Source of the DNA: a bacterium
GTDB taxonomy: Bacteria; Electryoneota; JAOADG01
Length of the DNA: 64,000 nt
Direction: 5' to 3'
NCBI GenBank assembly: GCA_963681965.1
Contig: OY820579.1
Span: 3,520,001 to 3,584,000 of the forward strand
Under the pieces are notes generated by a model. The model ran no database searches, was not told the origin of the DNA, and worked only from the letters and a program-made list of their open reading frames with translations. The translations under genes were made by a program, and so were the position numbers. Of this stretch, positions 19,657-30,436 are shown one piece after another (within the stretch, counting starts at the first letter, position 1; each line of letters begins with the position of its first letter).

Positions 19657-20797
19657 CAAACCCGATACCTCGATGTTTAAACCGTCGTTACGCAGTCCCA
19701 AATGGTTGGTATTCCTGGCAACGATCGCTGTCGGTTTGTTTCTGTTGGCTGAATTCTCGCGCCGACCGGTGCAACTCCCCGATTACGAAGTCAAATTGGA
19801 TGCTGCGAAGCGGATGAATGCCGCCATTGCCGAATTACGCAATTCTCGACTTGGTACCGAATTCAAGACCGATAATATCAACGATCCGAATCGCTCGACA
19901 TTAGTCGGACGCCAGGAATCGAGCATCACTACCGAAGATGGCGCATTGGAATCGGTGCTGACTTCGATCAATCCAAATATGGCTAGTGCGGTCGTCAGCT
20001 ATCTAAAAGAAGCCCATCTTAATACCGGTGACAAAGTCGCTGTCACTCTGAACGGTTCTTATCCCGGACTGAACATTGCCACTATTTGCGCGTTAGAAGC
20101 AATGCAATTGGATCCGGTGATCATTTCCAGTGTCGGTTCCGCACAATGGGGTGCGAACGATCCGAATTTTACCTGGCTCGATATGGAAACGGTGCTGTTC
20201 CGCACCGGCAAGATTTCGCACCACTCGTTGATGGCATCGATCGGTGGCGGCGGCGACTACGGTCGTGGTCTTTCGGATCGCGGTCGGCAATTGTTGCGCG
20301 ATGCGATTACCCGAAACAACATCGAGAAGCTGGAAGTATCGACGCTCGACTCTTCGATCAGTATGCGTGTCGCCCGATTCGATCGTGAGTGCGGCGGTCA
20401 GCCAAAACTCTTTATCGCAGTTGGTGGTGGTGCAGCAGCAATCGGACATACCGAAAATACCTGGTTAATTCCAACCGGTTTCTATGCCAATCTGCCGGCA
20501 CGCAATTATCCCAATATCGGTGTATTGCATATTTTTGCCGAAAAAGGGGTACCGTTTATTCATCTCTACGATACCCGTACGATCGCAACCGAATTTGAAT
20601 TACCGAAGTCTCCCGTACCACTTCCGGAACCCGGACAGGGGGGTGTCTTTGAAACGATGCGGTACGACGTTCGCGTCGCCGCTGGTGCGTTGGTTTTATT
20701 CCTGATCATTATCGGATTCGTGATCAATCACGACCGGAAACAGTATGTCTTGAAAGAAGAAGGCGCCGATCCCGATACTTTGCCGATTGCGAAGTAA
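19649..20797 (+). CDS. pgsW: Poly-gamma-glutamate system protein PgsW
   Basis: DPNRSTLVG...ITT..G.LE...TS.NPN, GSYPGLNIA, SSVGSAQWGANDP.FTWLDME motifs, N- and C-terminal TM helices. Confidence 0.85.
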   Translation: MSSKPDTSMFKPSLRSPKWLVFLATIAVGLFLLAEFSRRPVQLPDYEVKLDAAKRMNAAIAELRNSRLGTEFKTDNINDPNRSTLVGRQESSITTEDGALESVLTSINPNMASAVVSYLKEAHLNTGDKVAVTLNGSYPGLNIATICALEAMQLDPVIISSVGSAQWGANDPNFTWLDMETVLFRTGKISHHSLMASIGGGGDYGRGLSDRGRQLLRDAITRNNIEKLEVSTLDSSISMRVARFDRECGGQPKLFIAVGGGAAAIGHTENTWLIPTGFYANLPARNYPNIGVLHIFAEKGVPFIHLYDTRTIATEFELPKSPVPLPEPGQGGVFETMRYDVRVAAGALVLFLIIIGFVINHDRKQYVLKEEGADPDTLPIAK

Positions 20798-20925
20798 TCG
20801 ACCGTTTGCATTTTGATTTTGACGGATTGCGAAATCATCAATAATCGCAATTCATCGCTGGTGTATCGGCAGGATTTTATCGTACAATTTAGTAGGTACA
20901 TGCTTTGCCTCAGGAGGATTTTAGT

Positions 20926-21822
20926 ATGAAACGAACCGCCGCCGCGTTGCTTATAACTGCGATTTTGACCGGCGCCGTTTTTGCAGCGCAATGGCAGGTG
21001 ATCGAACCGGCAGCCAATTCGAAAACCGGGTTGCCAGTTACCACCGGTGGTAAATTACTGCGATATTCGATTTCGAATTTGAGCAAACCGTTGACAATTA
21101 TGGTTGATGGACCGACCGTAGTACGCGCGAAGGTGCGTGTACCCGCAACGACTGCAGTCCGCGAATTCAAAGTCGTCGCAGTTCTGGACGGCAGCGTACC
21201 TGCTGAATTTACGCAGGCAGCCATGGCTTCCAAGGATATGGAAGGTCCGAACGGCATGAAGCTTTCGATGTCGAAGGATATCGATTTCAAGATTCCCGAC
21301 GGAAAACATTCATTAACTCTTCGACCTGCGAGCAACGATACTTCGACGCTCTGTTTCCGCGTGTATAAACGAGTGCTTGCGGCAGGGGAACCGTCGCAGT
21401 GGCAAGCGATCGCACCGCGTGGTTTTGCAGCGTTAGTCGGCGTTGTAGTGCGGGAAAAAGAGACGACGTATTACCGTCAAACCAGCGCAAATGCACAGGA
21501 ACTGCGCTTGGTCGGACCGACTGCAGTACGAATTCTGTCGCGTGCCGAAGTACCCGGCGGCGATATGGAACGTGTCATCAAATGGCGTGTGGAAGTGAAA
21601 GCCGATGGCAAATCGCTGGGCGTGTTCCCTTGCGAACAGCAGGTTAGTAGCATTGCCGGACACTCGACTCAGAGCGAATCCGTGCTTACTGCTGCAGCAC
21701 CAATTAATGTTACAATCCCGGAAGGGAAACACACGGTCACAATCCATCTGCTTGATTCCGATTTAAACGTGGTCAACCGGGTTTTGATTCCGTCGAAGGC
21801 ACTTAAAAACACTGCCAAGTAG
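20926..21822 (+). CDS. Secreted hypothetical protein with two homologous beta-sandwich halves
   Basis: AGGAGG RBS, signal peptide, internal duplication (GPTVVRAKVR..IPDGKHSL / GPTAVRILSR..IPEGKHTV). Confidence 0.75.
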   Translation: MKRTAAALLITAILTGAVFAAQWQVIEPAANSKTGLPVTTGGKLLRYSISNLSKPLTIMVDGPTVVRAKVRVPATTAVREFKVVAVLDGSVPAEFTQAAMASKDMEGPNGMKLSMSKDIDFKIPDGKHSLTLRPASNDTSTLCFRVYKRVLAAGEPSQWQAIAPRGFAALVGVVVREKETTYYRQTSANAQELRLVGPTAVRILSRAEVPGGDMERVIKWRVEVKADGKSLGVFPCEQQVSSIAGHSTQSESVLTAAAPINVTIPEGKHTVTIHLLDSDLNVVNRVLIPSKALKNTAK

Positions 21823-21884
21823 AGGGGTTGTCGGATGCCCTCCGGTTGCTGTGATCCGCTTACCTGTAGTGAGGAGGAACAACA

Positions 21885-23003
21885 ATGAAAATTCGCATTT
21901 ACTGGATTCCGGTTTTCTTGGCGATTGCGTTTGTTGGTTCTGCGTTTGCTGCCAAGAAACAGACTGGTCCTTATGATTTCAGTCATCCACGTGGTAGTGA
22001 TCGAAGTCGATTAAGACTCTATTTCGAATATTCGCCGGAGTACAATTCCAATGTACTCCGGTACTCGTCTTACGACGAGAACCGCTTCGACGATGGTGTC
22101 GAACCGCACCCGTCGCCGGTCGCATCGCTTAGCCAATGGCGTCAGCAGTTGGCGTTTCGCGGCAGTTACTCGAAGAAACTATTCCTCAATCGAACCACAA
22201 TCTTTAGCGGTTCCTATCGCGTGAATATGTTCCCACAAGCTAGCGTACTGAATTATCAAAGCCTGTATTTTCAGGTCGAGCAATCGATTCTTCCGCGGCT
22301 CGGCGTGAAAGTCGCTTACAACTATCTCAACGATTTCATGCTCCGCAATTTTGTCGATCGCGACACGAAATTGTGGGAATCAGCGCGCTTCGATCAGAAC
22401 GAATATTCGTTCAAATTCCCGATTACCGTCACTCCACAACTTGAAATTGAACCGTATGCACAGTGGCGAGTACTCTATTACAACAAGTACTTCACTGAGT
22501 TCGATATGTCCGGTAGGAGCTGGGGCGCGGGAGCGACCTATAAATTCGATAAGTTTGCCGAAGTAACTTCAGCTTACGAATATGGCATCATGGACAATAA
22601 CGGTGCCGAGCGGGAATTCGATATCGCTCCGATCGATCCAATTTCACTCGATAGCGAATACGGCGACGGCAGCTACAAGGAAGATGAATTCCGGCTGGGT
22701 GCATCGGTCAATCCCGAAATGGGCGTAATGGGCAAAGTGAAAGTCGGCGTCGATTATTGTTACCGACATCGGGTTTATACCTCTTCTTATAGTCTGATCG
22801 ACGATCCATTCCACGCCGGACGCAAACACAATTACAACCGGTATGGCTTTGAAATTGGTGGCGATCCGATGCAATCGACGACGCTGACGTTCCGTTTGGA
22901 AACCGAACAGCGCAGCTCAACTTCACCGGAACCGAAAGTACCACTTTACAAGGATTACAAGGCGACCAAGGTCGGCGTGACACTATCGTATCGGCTCAAA
23001 TAG
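21885..23003 (+). CDS. Putative outer-membrane beta-barrel protein
   Basis: Signal peptide, Tyr/Phe-rich amphipathic beta-strands, C-terminal strand VGVTLSYRLK resembling a BAM signal. Confidence 0.7.
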   Translation: MKIRIYWIPVFLAIAFVGSAFAAKKQTGPYDFSHPRGSDRSRLRLYFEYSPEYNSNVLRYSSYDENRFDDGVEPHPSPVASLSQWRQQLAFRGSYSKKLFLNRTTIFSGSYRVNMFPQASVLNYQSLYFQVEQSILPRLGVKVAYNYLNDFMLRNFVDRDTKLWESARFDQNEYSFKFPITVTPQLEIEPYAQWRVLYYNKYFTEFDMSGRSWGAGATYKFDKFAEVTSAYEYGIMDNNGAEREFDIAPIDPISLDSEYGDGSYKEDEFRLGASVNPEMGVMGKVKVGVDYCYRHRVYTSSYSLIDDPFHAGRKHNYNRYGFEIGGDPMQSTTLTFRLETEQRSSTSPEPKVPLYKDYKATKVGVTLSYRLK

Positions 23004-23026
23004 AAGTATTCATTTTTCTAATTTAA

Positions 23027-23056
23027 ACGGGACGTAGCGCTACGTCCCGTATTTTT
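23027..23056. terminator. Bidirectional terminator between convergent genes
   Basis: ACGGGACGTAG-cg-CTACGTCCCGT palindrome flanked by A and T tracts. Confidence 0.8.
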
Positions 23057-23082
23057 CATCTACATAGTCAGTCGATTTCACT

Positions 23083-23646
23083 TTAGCGAACTAGATGTTC
23101 GCGATCATAGTGCGTTGTATCGGTTTTCCGAACATACGGCACGAAGAAATTCATCTGAATCATTGCATCGATAGGTTCGGTTAGATTGTCCGGTAACATG
23201 AATTGCCATTCGGAGATTTGATCGCAGATACACTCTTCTACCGATTTACCTATCACCGCATCTGTCCATTTACTATCTTCGAGTCGGATCGAAGCGACTT
23301 TACCCGTTGGCTTGATGTTCACCCGAAGTGTGATATCTCCTGCTAGATTGGGATCCTGTTTAATCTGATCGAGGTAGCACTGCTTGATTTTTTTGTATCG
23401 AATTCCTCGCGAGACCGATTGGATTGTATTCGAATCGATCACTTCGGAATTCGATAATGACTTTACCTTCACGATTTTAATATCAATCTTCGATATCTTA
23501 TTCAAGGAATCGATTTGGTGCGGTGTGGGAAAACCTCGCTTGTTTCGCAGAATATCTTCTTCCGCTTGACAATATCTGGAGTTAACCAATGTAAAAAGTA
23601 GTAATCCGGATGAGATAATTAAGAACTGCTTGAAATGTTTTTTCAT
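23083..23646 (-). CDS. Exported TonB C-terminal-like (AgmX/PglI-type) domain protein
   Basis: IKQCY...KQDPNLAGDITL...I.PTGKV...VEECI...WQF pattern, signal peptide. Confidence 0.75.
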   Translation of the reverse strand: MKKHFKQFLIISSGLLLFTLVNSRYCQAEEDILRNKRGFPTPHQIDSLNKISKIDIKIVKVKSLSNSEVIDSNTIQSVSRGIRYKKIKQCYLDQIKQDPNLAGDITLRVNIKPTGKVASIRLEDSKWTDAVIGKSVEECICDQISEWQFMLPDNLTEPIDAMIQMNFFVPYVRKTDTTHYDREHLVR

Positions 23647-24148
23647 GGATGCTCCAGTTTGAAAGAGTGGAGAGTGTTTTTTGGATATCTTATCTTGTAG
23701 TAACCATATAGTATAGATGTTAACTCGTATCGAGCAAAATCTTCTGGCGAAACTGTAACAACAACCGATCGATCATCAGTATGATAGTCAGTTGCGTTCG
23801 GTCACCTGTTCATTAATTCAATTTTCCAATCCCAATTACAATTACTGACTATATCGAAAGCATTTTTTAACTCTCTAGTAAGCATAAACATAACAATCGT
23901 ATCGATATTTAAAACATAATTCTGCAGATTTAATTATTAAAACAAATTATTCGTATATCTAGTAAATCCACCTAAAAAGAAAAATACCCAAGAGGTTTTT
24001 ACTACATTTCCTGCTCTACTATTTGCGAAATTCAATTTCCCATTTTATCGACAACTGGAGTTAAATCTTGTATCAATGACAGTTTGTAGGTTATAATAGA
24101 ACGTTGAAGTCGGATCTGAATTCCGATTCAGTCATCGCAGGAGCAGTA

Positions 24149-24553
24149 ATGTCGCTTATCGAATGGGACGACAGCTTATCAGTCGGCTTTGAGTATCTGG
24201 ATATGCAACACCAGCGCTGGATCGTGATCATGAACGATCTGGTCGACGCCGTCAAACAAGATGAGGAAGCGACTTCCATCGGCAATATTGTCACGGAATT
24301 GAGCCGATACACAATTACCCATTTCAATACCGAAGAGCAGTTGATGGAGTCGTATGGTTTTCCGCTATTCGATGAGCATGTACTGGAACATGATGAAATC
24401 AAACAGACCATTTCGCGGATCAAATTTCAATACGATCAGGGTGAAACGGTTGACGCGATCGAGTTAATGATTTTCTTAAAGCAGTGGTTGGCAAATCATT
24501 TTCTGCAAACCGACAAATTGTTAGGCAGTTATTTAGCCGAACACCAAGAGTAG
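24149..24553 (+). CDS. Bacteriohemerythrin
   Basis: IEWDDSLSVG, D.QH, HF..EE, H...H and WL..H....D di-iron ligands all present. Start after AGGAG. Confidence 0.92.
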   Translation: MSLIEWDDSLSVGFEYLDMQHQRWIVIMNDLVDAVKQDEEATSIGNIVTELSRYTITHFNTEEQLMESYGFPLFDEHVLEHDEIKQTISRIKFQYDQGETVDAIELMIFLKQWLANHFLQTDKLLGSYLAEHQE

Positions 24554-24581
24554 CAGTACTTCCCACCGGGTCGACCACATT

Positions 24582-25601
24582 ATGAAATTCTTACGTACTG
24601 TTTGCATCCTGCCAATTCTTTTGATACAGTTGCTCCTTAGCGGCTGTCCCGCTGAACATAGTTCAGGACATACGCAAGGGGATCGCAATCAATTTTTTGA
24701 CGATCTAGCAAACAGCGGTTACGATCTCCAGATCATCGATTATAGTCAGAATGGTGACGATGGTTCCGCCTATACTCGCGGTGAAGTCGATTTGATGAAA
24801 TACCGCGGCAACTGTCTGGTCGTTGCGACTCTTTCTCTCGGAGTGGCAGAATCAAACCGGTTCTACTGGCGAGCGGAATGGGATGCCAATCGCGACGGTA
24901 TACCCGACTCTGCAGCGCCTTCGTGGTTAGTCCGTGAGTTTTCACCGGGACGCTGGTTGGTTCGGTACTGGGATCCTGCTTGGAAAGCTTTGATCTACGG
25001 TCACACCGATTCTTACCTATCCCGAATTTTGCAAGCAGGTTACTCCGGGGTGTATCTTACCGGGTTAGATACTTCGCGACAGCAGATTGGCGTAGCAAAT
25101 GCCAATACTTTGCTGAAACAGGCGATTGTAGAATTGTGCGATAGTGTGCATACCTGGCAACCCGGGATGTTCGTCATCGGTCAAAACATGGGCAACCTGA
25201 CGACATTTCCCGATTTAGTCGAGCGAATCGACGGTGCGGCACAGGATGCGATGTTTTACGGTTACAATAACGGCGATGGAATTGCAGTACCGGATCAGAT
25301 CCGGTCGCAGAATTATGCGTCGCTATCGCTATTCACAAGTCCGACCAAGATTATGATCGCAATCGATTACCCGTTTCAGGGATCGCGCGATCGGGCATTT
25401 TACGATACGTACTCGATGCCGATCATTTCGGATGGACGCAATCTGGCGCGAAGTTTGGGGCTGAAATATTATCCCGGGGTTCGGAATCTCGACGATGTAA
25501 CGATCATACCCGGCGCGGAACCGACAGCGAATGCATCGCCGATTTATTTGCTGAGTCAGGTGAATGAAGTTTGCGTAATGCTACATCCCGGACCGCGATA
25601 A
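24582..25601 (+). CDS. GH114/TM1410-like TIM-barrel lipoprotein (atypical)
   Basis: LSGC lipobox; YDLQIIDYS, LSLG.AE..RFYW, VRYWDPAW, YL.RI..AGY.GVYL and IGQN motifs. Confidence 0.8.
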   Translation: MKFLRTVCILPILLIQLLLSGCPAEHSSGHTQGDRNQFFDDLANSGYDLQIIDYSQNGDDGSAYTRGEVDLMKYRGNCLVVATLSLGVAESNRFYWRAEWDANRDGIPDSAAPSWLVREFSPGRWLVRYWDPAWKALIYGHTDSYLSRILQAGYSGVYLTGLDTSRQQIGVANANTLLKQAIVELCDSVHTWQPGMFVIGQNMGNLTTFPDLVERIDGAAQDAMFYGYNNGDGIAVPDQIRSQNYASLSLFTSPTKIMIAIDYPFQGSRDRAFYDTYSMPIISDGRNLARSLGLKYYPGVRNLDDVTIIPGAEPTANASPIYLLSQVNEVCVMLHPGPR

Positions 25602-25661
25602 CCAAGTTTCACTGCGGCTGTTGCCGCGACCGAAAAAAACTTTTTTATACCGAGAAAATAA

Positions 25662-26681
<1,020 letters not shown>

Positions 26682-26719
26682 ACTTTACTAGATCATCATG
26701 AATCAACCTTATATTTACG

Positions 26720-26746
26720 AGGGCGTAGGCATACGCCCTTTTTTTT
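26720..26746 (+). terminator. Terminator of mreB
   Basis: AGGGCGTA-ggca-TACGCCCT stem followed by a T-run. Confidence 0.8.
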
Positions 26747-27002
26747 GTAGCCGCAGGCTTCAGCCTGCGGTTCGTTTTTTGTTTTTTGTTTGTTGAATCT
26801 TGTATCTCTTATCCTGTATCCTTTGTCCTGTAGTAGGAGCGGCTCCTCGCATCCGCTCATCGTTAATTGGGACACAAGAGGAGTCGGAATAAATTCCGAC
26901 CTACTGAAGTGGATCGCAGGATCGGAAGCCTTCGTCACCAAAGACAGATACAAGAAATGGTCAGAACAAGTTCTGACCTACGGAAAAGAAGATGCACGCA
27001 GA
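26747..27002. repeat. REP (GTAG-hairpin) cluster 3
   Basis: GTAGCCGCAGGCTTCAGCCTGCG (26747), GTAGGAGCGG..CCGCTC (26833), GTCGGAATAAATTCCGACCTAC (26883) and GTCAGAACAAGTTCTGACCTAC (26960). Confidence 0.85.
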
Positions 27003-27236
27003 CTTTTAACTGCGATTTTCATTAATTTTATCTTTCCTAACCCGACCCTCCACTACCTACCAACCAGATGGTTTCCCATTCAGCAGCATTCTTACTCCGG
27101 TTAATCCTTCGATACTTATCTATTCAATCTTGCGAAAAATAATCGCTCTTTCATTTTTTCATTAACCAAGCGAATAACGGTTTGCTATATTGATACATTG
27201 AATTGACTCAATTTCATCCATTATTCGGGAGCGAAA

Positions 27237-27692
27237 ATGTTAAAAGAATTCAAAGAATTCGCAATGCGCGGCAATGTCGTCGATATGGCAATCGGTTTGG
27301 TGCTCGGTGCCGCATTTGGCACGATCGTCTCGTCGCTGGTCTCCGATGTGCTGATGCCGCCGCTCGGGTTGCTGGTCGGCAGCCTCGACTTCTCCAGCCT
27401 GTTCATGGTATTGAAGGATGGCGTGAAAGATGCCGGACCGTATGTCACCATTGAAGCTGCGAAAAACGCCGGTGCCGTCACTCTGAACTATGGTATGTTT
27501 GTCAACCGGATTATCAATTTCATCATCGTCGCCTTCCCGATTTTCCTGCTCGTTCGAACGATGAACAATATGAAGCGAAAAGAAGCGGCAAAAATCGGCG
27601 AACCGACGACCAAAGAGTGCCCGCACTGCCTGTCGAGCATTCCAATTAAAGCGACAAAATGCGGTTTTTGCACGTCCGAACTGAAGGGTTGA
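27237..27692 (+). CDS. mscL: Large-conductance mechanosensitive channel with C-terminal CxxC-CxxC extension
   Basis: MLKEFKEFAMRGNVVDMAIG..., tail ECPHCLS...KCGFCTS. Confidence 0.95.
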   Translation: MLKEFKEFAMRGNVVDMAIGLVLGAAFGTIVSSLVSDVLMPPLGLLVGSLDFSSLFMVLKDGVKDAGPYVTIEAAKNAGAVTLNYGMFVNRIINFIIVAFPIFLLVRTMNNMKRKEAAKIGEPTTKECPHCLSSIPIKATKCGFCTSELKG

Positions 27693-27911
27693 TCCGGCAT
27701 CAAAGCGAGATTATTTACAATTCCTTGATTAATCAATAAATACCAGTAAATCAACAAGGAACCCTCGGTTCATTTACCCAACCCATCGGTTGGGTTCCGA
27801 GTTGCCTAACTTCACTTAGTTTTCGTATTATACGAGGCTAATTGGATCTCACCGAAAACTGGTTTCGCGACCACCGGTCTGCGACGATTTACTGTTTTGT
27901 TTGGAGTTGGA

Positions 27912-28643
27912 ATGTCCGGTCACTCGAAATGGGCAACCATTAAACGGAAGAAGGCTGCAATTGACGCGGCACGTGGACAAACGTTCACTCGCGCCATCCG
28001 GGAATTGACGATCGCCGCTCGCGAAGGTGGCAGCGCTCCCGAAAACAACCCCCGGCTGCGTCGCGCAATCGATACTGCCAAAGCCTCCAACATGCCTGCC
28101 GACAATATCACCCGCGCGATCAAGAAGGGCGCTGGTGAATTGGAAGGGGTACGCTACGAGGAAATCTGTTATGAAGGGTATGCTCCGGGTGGCACTGCGG
28201 TGTTGGTAGAAGTTCTGACCGACAATCGCAATCGCACCGTCAGCGAAATCCGTCATATCTTCACCAAGCGGAATGGTAATTTGGCGGAAAGTAACGCCGT
28301 AGCGTGGATGTTCGAACGCAAAGGCATCATCATGATCGAAAGTAGCGTCGACGAAGACAAATTGATGGAAGTGGCGCTGGAAGCTGGTGCGGAAGATGTC
28401 CAAGGGGAAGACGGCGAATTCGAAGTCACTACAGCACCGTCGGATTTGGAAACCGTTGTAGCAGCATTGGAAAAAGCCGGCATCAAATTCGAATCGGCGG
28501 AATCGCAACGTGTCGCCGCAAATAAAGTGACGGTACAGGGCAACGAAGCGAAATCCTTGATCGGTCTGCTCGATACCTTGGAAGAACACGACGACGTCCA
28601 GAAAGTCTGGAGCAACGCCGATATCGTGTACGACGAAGACTAA
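27912..28643 (+). CDS. yebC: YebC/PmpR family protein
   Basis: MSGHSKWATIKRKK, YEGYAPGG, TDNRNRT and DDVQKVWSN motifs. Confidence 0.96.
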   Translation: MSGHSKWATIKRKKAAIDAARGQTFTRAIRELTIAAREGGSAPENNPRLRRAIDTAKASNMPADNITRAIKKGAGELEGVRYEEICYEGYAPGGTAVLVEVLTDNRNRTVSEIRHIFTKRNGNLAESNAVAWMFERKGIIMIESSVDEDKLMEVALEAGAEDVQGEDGEFEVTTAPSDLETVVAALEKAGIKFESAESQRVAANKVTVQGNEAKSLIGLLDTLEEHDDVQKVWSNADIVYDED

Positions 28644-28873
28644 TTCATTCGATCAGTATTCTAATTTTGTAGGGGCGATGATTCGCCCCCTTTTTTTCGC
28701 TTATTTCTTCATCCACCACGCGATGCCGGATCGGCAGTACACGCACCTGTCTGTATTCTCAAGCACCAATTCCCATTCTCCAATTTCCAATCCGATGCAG
28801 ACTGCAGATTTCCGCTATATATTAAGTGACCATAGAAAAATCGATGGGTCGGAATAATGCTGGAGGAACATAC

Positions 28874-29899
28874 GTGCGTATCGTCGTATTAATGGGTGGC
28901 GAATCGGTAGAGCGACGAGTGTCGCTGGCTTCGGGTGAAGCTGTAGTGGCGGGTCTCGAACGATTGGGACATCAAGTATATAAAATGGATCCAGTCTATC
29001 CCGAACAGTGGGTTACTGCAGACCGTCCGTTATTGACTGGTGTCGTCGGTGAAACCCCGCCGGAGAATCTCGCGGACCTTCCACCGGCAACTCCGCAGCG
29101 ATTGGGTCGCTTACTCGAAACGATTGCCTCGCTCGCGCCGGATGTGGTATTTCCCATTTTACACGGTGGAACCGGCGAAGACGGTACATTGCAGGGGCTC
29201 TTGGAGTGGGCGAAAATTCCTTTTGTCGGATCATCATCGACAACGTGCAAGATTGCGATGAACAAAGCAGTTTCGAAGCGATTGTTTGCCGAAGCGGGAA
29301 TTCCCACACCGGAATGGTTGTTCTACAAGTATCATGAGATCGTTTCACCGAAACAGATCGACGAAGATATCGTCGAGACCTTCGGATACCCATGTGTGGT
29401 GAAACCGAATTGCGGCGGGTCGACCGTGGGAATGAGTATTGTCAAATCGATGAATGAATTGCCGGAAGCAATCAAACAGGTGCGATTGCAAAACGACGAT
29501 ATTCTGATTGAACAATTCATCGAGGGTCGCGAATTGACGGTTGCACTGGTTGCCGATCAAGTACTGCCGGTCGTAGAGATCTGTCCGAAGGGGGGATTCT
29601 ACGATTATCGCTCGAAGTACACTGCCGGAAATACCGAGTACCTTTGCCCGGCACCGATCGATGAAGCGACGACCGAAGCGGCGCAGCAACTGGGGTGGGA
29701 TGTGTGGGAATGCCTGATGGCACACGGCTTCGGACGTTCCGATTTCCGACTCGCACCCGACGGCGAATTGTACTGTCTGGAGTTAAATACCCTGCCCGGT
29801 ATGACCGCGCTATCGCTCGTACCGAAAGCAGCGGCGGCAATCGGGATGGATTTCGATGCATTAATGACCAAGATTTTAGAGACGGTCAAGCATCCGTAA
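28874..29899 (+). CDS. ddl: D-alanine--D-alanine ligase
   Basis: GG.S.ER.VSL.SG, HGGTGEDG, FYDYRSKY and LELNTLPGMT motifs. GTG start after GGAGG. Confidence 0.95.
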   Translation: MRIVVLMGGESVERRVSLASGEAVVAGLERLGHQVYKMDPVYPEQWVTADRPLLTGVVGETPPENLADLPPATPQRLGRLLETIASLAPDVVFPILHGGTGEDGTLQGLLEWAKIPFVGSSSTTCKIAMNKAVSKRLFAEAGIPTPEWLFYKYHEIVSPKQIDEDIVETFGYPCVVKPNCGGSTVGMSIVKSMNELPEAIKQVRLQNDDILIEQFIEGRELTVALVADQVLPVVEICPKGGFYDYRSKYTAGNTEYLCPAPIDEATTEAAQQLGWDVWECLMAHGFGRSDFRLAPDGELYCLELNTLPGMTALSLVPKAAAAIGMDFDALMTKILETVKHP

Positions 29900-29927
29900 T
29901 ATAATATACATTATGAACTATATGCTG

Positions 29928-30410
29928 CGGGCGATTCATCGAGTCGCCCGTTTCGATAATTAATTTTGCCAGAATTTTGTAATCAATATCTGTTCATCAA
30001 TGGTAGCGGCGGACTTTAGTCCGCTCTCATTTATTATCGAAGTTGTTAAAGGTATCGCCCAAAGAATCGTTCCCAAACCAACCCAATAAAAATAATTGCG
30101 GACTAAAGTCCGCCGCTACCCCTTCTTTTCCCACCACCAACCACCAAAATACCTCTTCCAATCTTGTATTCAGCGTATGTTTCCTAGCCTGCGAGAATCT
30201 TCTTTTCAGTAGGTCGGAATTTTTTCCGACTCCTTTTAATTTAATAGGGGCGCGAACGCCCGTATCCATTGATGATGCGCTAATAGTTCCGAACTCACGA
30301 TTTCAATATTTGCAATAAATCACAAGATTCAAGAAAAAAAACGCAGGCTGAAGCCTGCGGCTACAGAAAATAAACCCGTAAAAAAAGTCGGACAAAAGCG
30401 TCCGACCTAT
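29928..30410. repeat. REP cluster 4 including an inverted REP pair (REPIN-like, 30003-30119)
   Basis: GTAGCGGCGGACTTTAGTCCGC (30003,+) with inverted copy (30098-30119), GTAGGTCGGAATTTTTTCCGAC (30209) and CGCAGGCTGAAGCCTGCGGCTAC (30342). Confidence 0.85.
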
Positions 30411-30436
30411 AACATTAAACATCACCCATATATAAA

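Noticed and set aside
27758-27805. Hairpin between mscL and yebC as an ncRNA
   Set aside because: A single stem (ACCCAACC/GGTTGGGT) with no family features, more likely a terminator-like structure.
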